Shown here in pieces: positions 10,042-20,681 of a DNA stretch of 64,000 nt. The DNA is taken from NCBI GenBank assembly GCA_049720225.1, contig JBNASD010000001.1, positions 100,733 to 164,732 on the forward strand. The letters are read 5' to 3'. Position 1 is the first letter of the stretch; the number at the start of each line of letters is the position of its first letter. This DNA comes from Microgenomates group bacterium. Lineage in GTDB: Bacteria; Patescibacteriota; Microgenomatia; PFEM01; JBNASD01. The position numbers were made by a program, and so were the translations under genes. The notes beneath the pieces were generated by a model. The model made no database searches. It saw nothing but the letters and a program-made list of their open reading frames with translations, and was not told the origin of the DNA.

Positions 10042-10251
10042 TTAAAAAAGATAATTCGCCAAAATTATTGCGAAGAAAAGAATTCCTAAAATTATGGTGG
10101 CAATAAACAAAAATTTTTCCACCCCCGTTTTAGAAGAAAATTTCTCTTCTAAACTAAAAGAAGACAATCCCTCCCCTTTTACCTGAAGAAGAATCACCAA
10201 AATTAAAAGTAAAGAAATAATAATTTGAGCAATTAATATTACCTGTTTCAT
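10042..10251 (-). CDS. secG: Preprotein translocase subunit SecG
   Basis: Two TMs; ILLQxKGxGL and G(V)EKFL..T motifs. Confidence 0.85.
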   Translation of the reverse strand: MKQVILIAQIIISLLLILVILLQVKGEGLSSFSLEEKFSSKTGVEKFLFIATIILGILFFAIILANYLF

Positions 10252-10652
10252 TTTTTAACCAACCAATTTAAAAAGGTGGTAATTAAACTTAAAATAAACG
10301 ATACCAAAATTAAAGTGGCAATTTTTCCAAAAGATAAAGGAGGAACAACGAATCCCTGATAAGAAAAACCAGGAAAATTAAAATTATAAATTTTAAATTG
10401 GGGAACCAAAATAAGGGTAAAGTAAAGAGTAATTACGTTCACCAACCAGCGAAACAACCCCAATGTTAAAATATTAACCGGCAAAAGAAGAAGGTTAATT
10501 AAAGGTTTGATTAAAATATTCATAATCGTTAATACCAAAGCGGTAGTGGCAATTGTTTTAATTCCCTCCTCAAAAACTACCGAGGAAATGATGTTAGGCA
10601 GAACCCATAAAGAAAAAAAATAAAATAAAAATGAGCGAATATATTTTTTCAT
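10248..10652 (-). CDS. 4-TM membrane protein of the YvlD / 'phage holin 4' family
   Basis: N.LIKP...LLLPVNILTLGLF...VN signature. Confidence 0.85.
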   Translation of the reverse strand: MKKYIRSFLFYFFSLWVLPNIISSVVFEEGIKTIATTALVLTIMNILIKPLINLLLLPVNILTLGLFRWLVNVITLYFTLILVPQFKIYNFNFPGFSYQGFVVPPLSFGKIATLILVSFILSLITTFLNWLVKK

Positions 10653-10655
10653 TTT

Positions 10656-12485
10656 CTATTTATTTTTACCATAGTGCAGTAATCTTGTCAAAATAAAAAT
10701 TAATATCAATCCTCCTATTCCTCCTCCAAAATAATAAATTAAAGGATTAATTTCAACAATTTTTTCAAAATTTTTTCCGTCTACAGAAAGAATGATTTTT
10801 CCTTCTAAATTAGGAAGTAAGTTTACAGGTCTTAATTCTAAAAGAAATTCTTCTTTGGCGAAAGGAGGAAATATTTCTCTTTCCGAAGGCAAGGAAGGAG
10901 TTACGCTTTTAACCTGAAGATTTTCTTTCTTCAATTCTAATTTTAAATTATAAAAAGCAGTTGGTCCTAAATTTTTAATGAGAATTTTTTCTTTATTTAA
11001 ATTAAACCAAGAAAGTCGGGGAGAAAAAAGAAAATCTACTTGGATTTGCGGAGGAACCTCTGGAAGATATTCTCCCACCTCAATTTCAATATCTTTATTT
11101 TTTTCCTCTATTTTATAAGAACCAGGCGGATAGGGTTTTTCACTATCTTCTCCGTGAATAACGAAAACTACATGATTTAAATCCATTTTAGAAAAATAAT
11201 CAATTCCACCCGTAGTTTTCCCCCAAGTAGGATCAACAGGAATCCACATCTTTTTTTGATTGTCCCAATATTCTGGCCAAGAATGTAAAACGTCAGTGGT
11301 AAGACTTAATGATTGAAGATCATCACTTCTGCTGTAGGCATAACCATTTATTTCTCGGGCGGGAACTCCGGCCGCGCGGGCAAGAGCAACAAAAAGATCC
11401 GTAAATTCGGTACAAATCGCTTTTTTAGGATTATTTAAAGCTTCTAGCGCTCCCAAACGTTCAACCTCTCCTTTTATTTTTTCTTTATCATATTCGAGAG
11501 TTTGGACAACAAAATCATAAATTTTTTTAGGTGTTTTTAGTTCTTTTGCTTTCTGGCGAATTAGGGGATGATCAACCTCCCAATATTTTTGGGGTAAAAG
11601 ATTATTTTCTAAATTACCTTGTGGGGGAAAATTTTTTCTTGGTTCAGAAAAAACTTTTACTTTTCCTTCGGTTAAAATTCTTAATTCTTGATTAGGATTA
11701 AGAAAATATTTAGCTAACCAATTTCCATCGTTATCGACAACAACAGTTTCTGGTTGAGGTTCAATTTTTAAATAAGTTACCTGTTGAAAAGCGGTATCAG
11801 GAACTAAAGGAATTTCTGCTTCCGTTAGTTGATTATATTGATTTTTAAGATAGTAATTAATTTTAAAATTAAAAACTTGAAAATTACCAAAGGCGGCACT
11901 AATAGAAGAATTAACTAGTTGATTTTTTTCAAACCGATAAATATTTAAATTATTTTCTGTTTTTTTCTCTACTGGTGAGGGTTTAATATAAGCAGGTAAC
12001 CCCATTTCTAAAGGAACTTCTAGGTATAAAACATAACTATCAGGAAGGTTTTCTTTGGCTAAATGAGGAATAGTAATTTCCCAAACATTTCCTCTTTTTT
12101 CCAATAAGTTTAAAGCCTCATAAGAAACAGAAAAATTTTGGGTTTTCCCCTTTCCTACTACTTCTTGATTAAATTGAAAATTAATAACTGTTTGTTTACC
12201 ATCCGCGCTGATACTGGTTTTAAGCTCTCCTTTTTCGTCATGGGCAGTGACGTTTTTTACCTTTACTCCCTCCAAAATTAAAGAGTATTGGGTAGCGTAA
12301 AGATTGGAAAATTTATTAGTTAAAGAGATATTTTGGGTTACCAAAACTTTCTGATCCAAAGAAAGGCGATAATAAACAGTGTAGTCTACCTGAAATTCTT
12401 CACTGGCATTTAGATTTTTTGAAAAAATAATTAAAAAAATATAAAGAAAAATTAATTTAAAAAGATTTTTGATTTTTCTTGACAT
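10656..12485 (-). CDS. Secreted/membrane-anchored transglutaminase-like domain protein
   Basis: Catalytic triad motifs CTEFTDLF, HSWPE, VDPTWG; signal peptide and C-terminal TM. Confidence 0.85.
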   Translation of the reverse strand: MSRKIKNLFKLIFLYIFLIIFSKNLNASEEFQVDYTVYYRLSLDQKVLVTQNISLTNKFSNLYATQYSLILEGVKVKNVTAHDEKGELKTSISADGKQTVINFQFNQEVVGKGKTQNFSVSYEALNLLEKRGNVWEITIPHLAKENLPDSYVLYLEVPLEMGLPAYIKPSPVEKKTENNLNIYRFEKNQLVNSSISAAFGNFQVFNFKINYYLKNQYNQLTEAEIPLVPDTAFQQVTYLKIEPQPETVVVDNDGNWLAKYFLNPNQELRILTEGKVKVFSEPRKNFPPQGNLENNLLPQKYWEVDHPLIRQKAKELKTPKKIYDFVVQTLEYDKEKIKGEVERLGALEALNNPKKAICTEFTDLFVALARAAGVPAREINGYAYSRSDDLQSLSLTTDVLHSWPEYWDNQKKMWIPVDPTWGKTTGGIDYFSKMDLNHVVFVIHGEDSEKPYPPGSYKIEEKNKDIEIEVGEYLPEVPPQIQVDFLFSPRLSWFNLNKEKILIKNLGPTAFYNLKLELKKENLQVKSVTPSLPSEREIFPPFAKEEFLLELRPVNLLPNLEGKIILSVDGKNFEKIVEINPLIYYFGGGIGGLILIFILTRLLHYGKNK

Positions 12486-12507
12486 TGGTTATAATATTAA
12501 TAATACT

Positions 12508-13143
12508 ATGGTGTATAAATCTCCAGCCCTTTTAACCGCAAGAGAAAAACAAATTTTAGATTTTATTCTTCAGTATATCAAAAAATGGGGTTATTCGCCG
12601 AGTTTAAAAGAAATCGCCAAAGCAATTGATTTAAAATCTACCTCGGGATTAATTCCTTATATTCGGATATTAAAGAAAAAAGGTTATCTTTTAGAAAAAG
12701 AAGAAAAAGCCTATCGGAATTTGGTGGTTAACGAAAAACATTTAAAAGAATTACTTCCCGAGTTACGACTACCCGTTTTAGGTTTTATTTCGGCAGGAAA
12801 ACCTTTAGAGCCTTATACCGATCCAAATGCTACTATTGATATTCCCCCCTCGATGGTTTCAGGTAAAAGAAGAAGTTTCGTTCTCCAAGTTAAAGGGGAT
12901 TCAATGATTGAAGAGGGAATTTTAGATGGTGATTTTGTAATTATCGAAGAACAGGCAGAAGCAAATAACGGTGATATTGTGGTTGCTCTTTTAGAAAACG
13001 GTTTAGCCACCCTTAAAAGATTTTATAAAGAAAAAACGCGAGTAAGATTAGAACCTGCCAATAGCAAAATGGCTCCTATTTTTGCTAAAAATGTTCAAAT
13101 TCAAGGTAAAGTGGTAGGATTAATTCGTCGTTATTCCCGCTAA
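12508..13143 (+). CDS. lexA: SOS repressor LexA
   Basis: wHTH (LTAREKQIL..GYSPSLKEIA), AG cleavage site (ISAGKP), catalytic Ser (GDSM) and Lys (TLKR). Confidence 0.95.
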   Translation: MVYKSPALLTAREKQILDFILQYIKKWGYSPSLKEIAKAIDLKSTSGLIPYIRILKKKGYLLEKEEKAYRNLVVNEKHLKELLPELRLPVLGFISAGKPLEPYTDPNATIDIPPSMVSGKRRSFVLQVKGDSMIEEGILDGDFVIIEEQAEANNGDIVVALLENGLATLKRFYKEKTRVRLEPANSKMAPIFAKNVQIQGKVVGLIRRYSR

Positions 13144-13147
13144 TTTT

Positions 13148-13831
13148 ATGAGTATTCTTTATTTAGTTGCTACTCCCATTGGAAATTTAGAAGATATTAG
13201 CTTACGGGCATTAAGAACTTTGAAAGAAGTAAAAATCATTGCCTGTGAAGATACGCGAAAAACCGGTTTACTTTTAAAAAAATTAAACATTCCTCCTAAA
13301 AAATTAATTTCTTATTATTCTTATAATGAAGAAAAAAGAGTTCCCCAAATAATTTCTTTGTTAAAAAACAACCAATCAGTGGCCTTAGTGAGTGAAGCCG
13401 GCACTCCGCTTATTTCTGATCCTGGTTTTAAAATTGTTGCTGAATGTCTAAAACAAGGAATTAAAGTCGAACCGATTCCCGGTCCTTCAGCAGTAATAAC
13501 CGCCTTAATTGCCTCTGGATTACCTTCTGATAAATTTTTATTTTTAGGTTACCTTTCTAAAAAGACCACCAGAAGAAAAAAAATACTCGAAAATTTAAAA
13601 AAAGTCGAATTTCCCTTAACAATAATTCTATTTGAATCCCCCTATAGAGTAAAAAATTTACTCAATGAATTGGAAATGATTTTTGGCAATATTGAAATCG
13701 TTTTTACTAAGGAATTAACTAAAAAATTTGAAAAAATTATTAAAGATAAAATTGAAAACATAAAAAATTTTTTAAGTAAAAATCCGCCAAAAGGAGAAAT
13801 AACTCTTTTATTTAGAATTCCTCAAGACTAG
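13148..13831 (+). CDS. rsmI: 16S rRNA (cytidine-2'-O)-methyltransferase RsmI
   Basis: LYLVATPIGNLEDIS, CEDTR, AGTPLISDPG, ELTK motifs. Confidence 0.95.
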   Translation: MSILYLVATPIGNLEDISLRALRTLKEVKIIACEDTRKTGLLLKKLNIPPKKLISYYSYNEEKRVPQIISLLKNNQSVALVSEAGTPLISDPGFKIVAECLKQGIKVEPIPGPSAVITALIASGLPSDKFLFLGYLSKKTTRRKKILENLKKVEFPLTIILFESPYRVKNLLNELEMIFGNIEIVFTKELTKKFEKIIKDKIENIKNFLSKNPPKGEITLLFRIPQD

Positions 13832-15518
13832 AGGTATCGCCTATTGGCAAACCTAATTCTTGAGCCTTTAAAATTCGGCGAACAATTTTTCCTGAGCGAG
13901 TTTTAGGTAAGCTTTTTACAAATTCAATTTCCCGGGGATAAGCATGACCGGCAAGATTTTTTTTGACATGAAGTTGCAGTTTTTCTTTTAAAGCGTTGGT
14001 TGGTCGCCAACCGGGTTTTAAAACCACAAAAGCCTTAATAATTTCCCCTCTTACCGGGTCCGGTTTTCCGATTACTCCTGCTTCAACTACTGCCGGATGC
14101 TCAATTAAACATGATTCCACCTCAAAAGGACCAACCCGTTCTCCCGAAGTTTTAATCACATCATCTGCCCGACCAACAAACCAAAAATAACCATCCTCAT
14201 CTTTATAAGCTAAATCTCCAGTAATATACCAACCATTAACAAAATAGCTTTGGTATTTTTTAGGTCTTCGCCAAATAGTTTTCATCATCGAAGGCCAAGG
14301 TGGTTTAATGGCTAAATTTCCCATCTGTTTTATAGGTAACACCCTTCCTTTATCATCAACAATGTTTGCTTTTATTCCCGGAATTGGTTTTCCCATTGAG
14401 CCTGGTTTAATATCCAAACAGGGAAAATTAGCAATCAAAATTCCACCAGTTTCTGTTTGCCACCAAGTATCATGCAAGGGTAAATTAAAAGCTTTTAGTC
14501 CCCACCAAACCGGTTCCGGATTAAGCGGCTCCCCTACCGAGGCTAAATGCCTTAAAGAAGAAAGATTAAATTTTCTTACTAATTTAAGTCCCTGGGCCGC
14601 CAGCATCCTTATCGCCGTAGGAGCAGTATACCAAACAGAAATTCGGTATTTTTCAATTAAACGATACCATTTTTCTGGATCAAACCTTCCTTCGTAAACT
14701 AGACTGGAGGCGCCATTTGACCAAACCCCCAAAATTCCATAGGCAATTCCCGTTACCCATCCCGGATCGGCGGTACACCAATAAGTATCTTCTTCCTTAA
14801 TATCCAAAACCCATTTCGCGGTAATATGTTCCAAAACAATAGCTTTATGGGTATGAACTACTCCTTTTGGTTTTCCGGTAGTTCCTGAGGTATAGAGAAT
14901 AAAAGCAGGTTCTTGGGGAGCCATCCGTCTTAATTTTAAAGAGGAAGAATATTTACTTAAAAGATTTCTTATGTTTTCGGCAAAGACAATTTTCTTTAAA
15001 TAAGGAAGTTGTTTTTCTATTTTTCTTACGCGCTGGTAAAGTTCTTTAGTAGTAATCAAAACTTTTGCCTGGGAGTTGTTTAATCGGTCAAATAGCGCCT
15101 GGGGACCAAAAGCAGAAAATAAAGTACCAGGAATAGCGCCAATTTTTAAGGCTCCTAAAAATCCCCAATATAAACAAGGAATTCGAGGAAGAAAGAAAAA
15201 AACGCGGTCTCCTTTTTTTACCCCCAACGATTTTAAAAAATTGCCAAATTGATTAGATAAAAGATAAAGATCATAAAAAGTATATTTTTCTTCCTCTCCA
15301 TTTTCTCCCTCCCAATACAAAGCAATTTTATTTTTTCGGGGAGTATCAAGATGACGATCAATCGCATTATAAGCCGCATTTAATCTTTTTTTAGGAAACC
15401 AGCTAATTTCTTTTTCTGCTTCCTGCCAACTAAAATGACGATAGGTTTTTTCGTAATCTTTAAGATTCGGTGGGAGTTTTAAAAAATCTTTTTTCTTTAT
15501 AATTTTTTCTTTTTTCAT
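13812..15518 (-). CDS. acsA: Acetate--CoA ligase (AMP-forming)
   Basis: YTSGTTGKPKG, WWQTETG, GRADD, LPKTRSGKI motifs. Confidence 0.93.
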   Translation of the reverse strand: MKKEKIIKKKDFLKLPPNLKDYEKTYRHFSWQEAEKEISWFPKKRLNAAYNAIDRHLDTPRKNKIALYWEGENGEEEKYTFYDLYLLSNQFGNFLKSLGVKKGDRVFFFLPRIPCLYWGFLGALKIGAIPGTLFSAFGPQALFDRLNNSQAKVLITTKELYQRVRKIEKQLPYLKKIVFAENIRNLLSKYSSSLKLRRMAPQEPAFILYTSGTTGKPKGVVHTHKAIVLEHITAKWVLDIKEEDTYWCTADPGWVTGIAYGILGVWSNGASSLVYEGRFDPEKWYRLIEKYRISVWYTAPTAIRMLAAQGLKLVRKFNLSSLRHLASVGEPLNPEPVWWGLKAFNLPLHDTWWQTETGGILIANFPCLDIKPGSMGKPIPGIKANIVDDKGRVLPIKQMGNLAIKPPWPSMMKTIWRRPKKYQSYFVNGWYITGDLAYKDEDGYFWFVGRADDVIKTSGERVGPFEVESCLIEHPAVVEAGVIGKPDPVRGEIIKAFVVLKPGWRPTNALKEKLQLHVKKNLAGHAYPREIEFVKSLPKTRSGKIVRRILKAQELGLPIGDTSSLEEF

Positions 15519-15520
15519 TT

Positions 15521-17140
15521 TTATAAAAGTAAACTTTTACCGGTCATTAACGGTGGTTTTTCAATTTTTAATAACTCAAGAATTGTGGGTGCCACATCTG
15601 CTAAAACCCCTCGGAGGAGATTTTTTCCGGAAATGCCAAATTTTTTGTTAATTAAAATAAAAGGAACGGGATTTAAGGAATGTTGGGTGTCTTTTTCACC
15701 AGTCGCTAAATTAATCATCTCTTCAACATTTCCGTGATCAGCCGTCACCACACAAATGCCATTTAAATTAATTACCGTATTAACAATTTTTCCTAAACAG
15801 TAATCAACCGTTTCGCATGCTTTTATTCCGGCAGATAAAACACCGGTATGACCAACCATATCCGGATTGGCAAAATTTACCAAGACAAATTGATAGAAAC
15901 CGCTTTTAATTCTTTTTAAAACTTGATCAGTAACCTCAAAAGCGGACATTTCTGGTTTAAGGTCATAGGTAGCTACTTTAGGAGAAGGAATTTCTACCCA
16001 GTCTTCACCGGGAAAAGGCTTTTCTCTTCCCCCGCCAAAAAAATAACTAATATGAGGATATTTTTCACTTTCAGCAATATGAAGTTGCCGCAAATTATTT
16101 TCACTTAATACTCTCGCCAACGGTAAAGCGACCTTTTGGGGAGGAAAAGCTACCGCCGATACTGGTAGATTTTTTTCGTATTCCGTCATTGTTACGAAAA
16201 ATAAATTTCTTAAAATTTTTTCCCGTTTAAAGGTACTGGTTCCTTTGGGAGTTTCGTAAATTTTTAGGCCATATTTTTCTGCATAAGGGTCAAAGGAAAT
16301 TGCTCTTTCTTCCAAAGTTTCAAAATTAGGCAATATAAACGCTTTTGTTAATTGTCGCGGTCGGTCAGGGCGAAAATTATAAAAAATTACGCCATCATTA
16401 TCGTTAATTAAACCATTTTTGTCTAAAATTATTGGTTCCAAAAATTCGTCACTTTTCCCTTTTTGATATTGTTCTTGAATTGCAGTTAAAAATGAATTAG
16501 CTTCCTTTCCTTTTCCCAAAACTAACGCTTCGTAAGCAATTTTTGTTCTTTCCCAGCGCCAATCCCTATCCATGGCATAATAGCGGCCCATTAAAGTGGC
16601 AATTTTGCCGATTTTGAGACTTTTTAATTGCTCCTCCACTTTAGTTAAAGAATCAATACTTGAATAAGGAGGGGAATCTCGGCCATCGGTAAAAAGATGA
16701 AGATAAAGTTTTTCCACTTGGTGCGTTTTGGCAAGATTAATTAACGCTAATAAATGGTGAATACTGGCATGAACACCGGCCGGACCAATTAATCCCAAAA
16801 GATGTAACGAAGAATGGTATCTTTTAACATGGTCAATTGCCCTTAAAAATGCCTCATTTTTAAAAAAAGTACCATCGGCAATCGCCATATTAATCCGCGG
16901 AAAATCTTGAAAAACAATTTGTCCCGCTCCTAAATTAAGATGGCCGGCTTCGGAATTTCCTTGTTCTCCCGGCGGTAACCCCACCGCTTCTTCGGCGGCT
17001 AATAATTGGGTATGGGGATAAGCACTAAAATATTTTTTAAAATTAGGAATTTTTGCCAAAGAAACCGCATTACCTGGTCCTGGTGGGGCAATTCCCCACC
17101 CATCAAGAATGATTAAAACCAATAGTTTATTTTCCTCCAT
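15521..17140 (-). CDS. gpmI: 2,3-bisphosphoglycerate-independent phosphoglycerate mutase
   Basis: LIILDGWG, GNSEAGH, NPDMVGHTG, TADHGN. Confidence 0.97.
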   Translation of the reverse strand: MEENKLLVLIILDGWGIAPPGPGNAVSLAKIPNFKKYFSAYPHTQLLAAEEAVGLPPGEQGNSEAGHLNLGAGQIVFQDFPRINMAIADGTFFKNEAFLRAIDHVKRYHSSLHLLGLIGPAGVHASIHHLLALINLAKTHQVEKLYLHLFTDGRDSPPYSSIDSLTKVEEQLKSLKIGKIATLMGRYYAMDRDWRWERTKIAYEALVLGKGKEANSFLTAIQEQYQKGKSDEFLEPIILDKNGLINDNDGVIFYNFRPDRPRQLTKAFILPNFETLEERAISFDPYAEKYGLKIYETPKGTSTFKREKILRNLFFVTMTEYEKNLPVSAVAFPPQKVALPLARVLSENNLRQLHIAESEKYPHISYFFGGGREKPFPGEDWVEIPSPKVATYDLKPEMSAFEVTDQVLKRIKSGFYQFVLVNFANPDMVGHTGVLSAGIKACETVDYCLGKIVNTVINLNGICVVTADHGNVEEMINLATGEKDTQHSLNPVPFILINKKFGISGKNLLRGVLADVAPTILELLKIEKPPLMTGKSLLL

Positions 17141-18386
17141 TTTTTATAATTTCTTCAATTTCTAATAAACGATTATATTTAACCACCCTTTCACCTCGGC
17201 AAGGAGCGCCAAACTTAACAAAATCTGCTCCCACGCCAACGGCAAAATCAGCAAGAAAGTCATCAGTTGTTTCTCCACTGCGATGGGAAATAATTACCTT
17301 CCAGCCAGCTTGGCGAGCGATTTTGATTACCTCAATTGTTTCCGCCACCGTGCCAATTTGGTTGGGCTTTACCAAAATTCCCCCACAAGCTTTTTTTCTA
17401 ATTGCCTCCTCTACCCGATTTTTATTAGTTGCCAAAAGATCATCGCCGATAATTGTCGTTTGCGATAAATTTTTGGTAATTTTTTGCCAACCCTCCCAAT
17501 CGTCTTCGGCAAAAGGATCCTCTAAAAGATATAAAGGATATTGTTTTATTAATTCCTGATAAAATCCTAAAAATTCTTCGGTATCTAAAGGTTGAGTGCG
17601 ATCACGAATTTTATATTTTCCTTGCTGATAAAAACTGGTTGCCGCCACATCCAAACCTAAAAAAATTTCTTTACCCATTAAATATCCTGCTTCTTTAATA
17701 GCCTCTGTTAAAATTGTTAATGCGTCCAAGTTAGTAAAAAGATTAGGAGCAAATCCTCCCTCATCCCCTACCGAATGAATTGCTCCATAACGAATTAAAA
17801 TTTCTTTTACCGTTTGGTAAACTTCTACCCCATTTCTTAATGATTCTTGATAAGAATCTTTAACAATAGGAATAACATGGAATTCTTGAAAGTCTAAATT
17901 TCCCGCTCCATGTTTTCCGCCATTAATTAAATTAAAAATCGGACTGGGAATTTTAAAAGGAGGTTCTAATCCGTAAAGATGACTAACGTGAACAAAGGGA
18001 GGTACTCCCTCTTCTATCGCCGCTAATTTACAAACCGCTAAAGAAACAGAAAGAATGGCGTTAGCTCCTAAATTAGTTTTGTTGGGCGTTCCATCTAAAG
18101 TGATTAAAGTTTTATCAATTTCTAATTGATTTCTTACTTCTTTGCCAATAATTTTTGGTTTAATTATTTGATTAACATTTTCCACCGCTTTTAAAACCCC
18201 CTTTCCCTTAAATCTTTTAGGATCATTATCTCTTAATTCCAAAGCTTCATATTTTCCCAAAGAAGCTCCCGAAGGAACAGAAGCAACGGCCATTCGACCG
18301 TCTTCTAAAATTACTTTTGTTTCGATAGTAGGATTTCCGCGAGAGTCAAGAATTTCTCTGGCAATAATATCTTTTATTTTCGCCAT
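17127..18386 (-). CDS. eno: Enolase
   Basis: REILDSRGNPT, GDEGGFAP, SHRSGET. Confidence 0.98.
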   Translation of the reverse strand: MAKIKDIIAREILDSRGNPTIETKVILEDGRMAVASVPSGASLGKYEALELRDNDPKRFKGKGVLKAVENVNQIIKPKIIGKEVRNQLEIDKTLITLDGTPNKTNLGANAILSVSLAVCKLAAIEEGVPPFVHVSHLYGLEPPFKIPSPIFNLINGGKHGAGNLDFQEFHVIPIVKDSYQESLRNGVEVYQTVKEILIRYGAIHSVGDEGGFAPNLFTNLDALTILTEAIKEAGYLMGKEIFLGLDVAATSFYQQGKYKIRDRTQPLDTEEFLGFYQELIKQYPLYLLEDPFAEDDWEGWQKITKNLSQTTIIGDDLLATNKNRVEEAIRKKACGGILVKPNQIGTVAETIEVIKIARQAGWKVIISHRSGETTDDFLADFAVGVGADFVKFGAPCRGERVVKYNRLLEIEEIIKNGGK

Positions 18387-20680
18387 TTTACTTTTCTTTT
18401 TTCCGCCTCATAAACTAACTGACGAGTAGTTTCAATTGCGTCAGGATTAACGGAAATACTGGTAATTCCCCAATCAACTAATTTATCAATTAACCGGGGG
18501 TAAACCGAAGGGGCTTGTCCGCAAATAGAGGAAGTAATTTTTAACTTTTGACAGGTTTTAATTGTTTTTTCAATTGCCCACAAAACTGCCGGATTTTCTT
18601 CAGGATAATAAGGGGCTAAATTTTGATTGTCTCGGTCAACACCTAAAATTAACATTGTTAAATCATTAGAACCAATAGAGACACCATCAATTCCAACTTT
18701 AGCAAATTCTTCCAAAAGAATAACATTCGCGGGAATTTCTACCATTAACCACAATTTAAAACTTGGCCCCCGAATTAATCCCTCCCCAACAATAATTTTT
18801 TTTACTTCTTGAAGTTCTTGGGGAGTGCGACAAAAAGGAATCATTAGCCACAAATTATTATAATTTTTTCTTACCTCTTTTATTGCTTTTAGTTCTAATT
18901 CTAAAATTTCAGGATTAGTGATATAACGAAAAGCACCTCTAAATCCCAACAAAGGGTTTTCTTCTTCAGGTTCAAACGCTTTTCCACCAATTAAATTGCG
19001 ATATTCGTTAGTTTTAAAATCAGTCGTCCGGTAAACTACTGGCCGAGGATAAAAAGCTTTACAGAAAGAAGTTAAATTATTAGCCAATTTTTCGATAAAG
19101 AATTTTTGTTTTTTATCTTTAATAATTTTTTTAGGATGAATCCCAATTTGGGCCATCATAAATTCCGCTCTTAATAAACCGACGCCATCAACATTCCGTT
19201 GGGCAATTTCTTCGGCTAATTCTGGTTCCGCTAAATTAACATAAATTTTCGTGGCAGTTTTTAAAGTGGAAAGAGCAATATTTTCTTCCTTTTTTAAAGG
19301 AGAAAAAACTAAAGAAGTTTGTTTTTTAGCAAAAGGGTTTCCTTTATAAATTTCCCCGGTTGTCCCGTTAATAGTAATGATTTCTCCATTTTTAAGAATT
19401 TTGGTGGCATTTTTTGTTCCCACCACACAAGGAACTCCCAATTCTCGACTAACAATGGCGGCGTGAGAAGTTTGTCCTCCTTTATCAGTGACAATTCCCG
19501 CTACTTTTTTCATTACGGGAACAAAATCAGGATTAGTCATGGGGGTGACTAAGATGTCTCCCTGTTTTACTTTATTAATTTCTTTAATTGAATTAATAAC
19601 AATTACCGGTCCACTCCCTATTCCCGGACTGGCCGGTTGGCCTACTAAAATTGGTTTTTCTTTAATTTTTTTTGCTTTGATGGTTTTCTTTTCCTTAAAA
19701 TTAACGGTCGTTACCGGCCTGGTTTGGAGAATATAAAATTTTCCTTTATACAAAGCCCATTCAATATCCTGGGGATAAAAATAATGGCGGTGAATTTTTT
19801 TACCAATTTGCGCTAATTCAATAATTTGTTTATCGGTTAATTTTCTTTTATTTTGTAATTGAAGGGGTACTGGTTTTTCTTGATTAGGCGTTTTTCCTCT
19901 TTTACTAGGTAATAATTGAATCTTTTGAGGATTAATTTCTTTTTTAATAATATTCAAATTGCTTTTATCTAACCAATAAATATCAGGAGTTACTTTCCCC
20001 CCCACCACATATTCTCCTAGTCCCCAAATTGCCTCAATAATAATTCTATTTTTTTGATTAGTCACCGGATCGCAGGTAAACATAATTCCCGAGACTTCTG
20101 AAGGAATCATTTTTTGAATGACGACCGCGATTCCTACCCTAAAATGGTCAAATCCTTTTTCTTCGCGATAAAAAATCGCTCGCGGTTCAAATAAAGAGGC
20201 CCAACACTCTTTTACTTTTTCAACGACATTTGCCTCGCCTTTAATGTTTAAAAAAGTTTTTTGTTGGCCAGCAAAAGAAGCAGTGGGTAAATCCTCGGCG
20301 GTCGCCGAAGAACGAATAGCAACCTCGGCTTGACTTAAAACCCCTCCTAATTTTAAATAACTTTCAATTATTTCCTTCCCTAAATCCTGGGGAAATTCTT
20401 GAGCCAAAATTAATTTTTTAATTTTTTCCGACGCCTCTAAATAAGTTTCTGGTTTTTTAGGATGAGTTAAGGATAAAAAATTTTTTATTTTAAAGGTAAG
20501 TTTATTTTTTTCTAAAAAATCAAAATAAGCTTTAGCGGTAACGACAAAACCCGGAGGAACAGGAATGCCAAAACTGGCCATCTCCCCCAAATTGGCTCCC
20601 TTTCCTCCCACTAAGGAGATATCATCTTTATCGATTTCTTCAAACCATAAAATATTTTTGTCTTTTTTTTGGGCAGTCAT
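18374..20680 (-). CDS. ppsA: Phosphoenolpyruvate synthase
   Basis: GGKGANLGEM, RSSATAED, GGQTSHAAIVSRE, SIGSNDL. Confidence 0.95.
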   Translation of the reverse strand: MTAQKKDKNILWFEEIDKDDISLVGGKGANLGEMASFGIPVPPGFVVTAKAYFDFLEKNKLTFKIKNFLSLTHPKKPETYLEASEKIKKLILAQEFPQDLGKEIIESYLKLGGVLSQAEVAIRSSATAEDLPTASFAGQQKTFLNIKGEANVVEKVKECWASLFEPRAIFYREEKGFDHFRVGIAVVIQKMIPSEVSGIMFTCDPVTNQKNRIIIEAIWGLGEYVVGGKVTPDIYWLDKSNLNIIKKEINPQKIQLLPSKRGKTPNQEKPVPLQLQNKRKLTDKQIIELAQIGKKIHRHYFYPQDIEWALYKGKFYILQTRPVTTVNFKEKKTIKAKKIKEKPILVGQPASPGIGSGPVIVINSIKEINKVKQGDILVTPMTNPDFVPVMKKVAGIVTDKGGQTSHAAIVSRELGVPCVVGTKNATKILKNGEIITINGTTGEIYKGNPFAKKQTSLVFSPLKKEENIALSTLKTATKIYVNLAEPELAEEIAQRNVDGVGLLRAEFMMAQIGIHPKKIIKDKKQKFFIEKLANNLTSFCKAFYPRPVVYRTTDFKTNEYRNLIGGKAFEPEEENPLLGFRGAFRYITNPEILELELKAIKEVRKNYNNLWLMIPFCRTPQELQEVKKIIVGEGLIRGPSFKLWLMVEIPANVILLEEFAKVGIDGVSIGSNDLTMLILGVDRDNQNLAPYYPEENPAVLWAIEKTIKTCQKLKITSSICGQAPSVYPRLIDKLVDWGITSISVNPDAIETTRQLVYEAEKRKVKWRK

Positions 20681-20681
20681 T

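Noticed and set aside
10248-10652. Holin as evidence of a prophage
   Set aside because: YvlD-like family member in a housekeeping context next to secG; no endolysin nearby.
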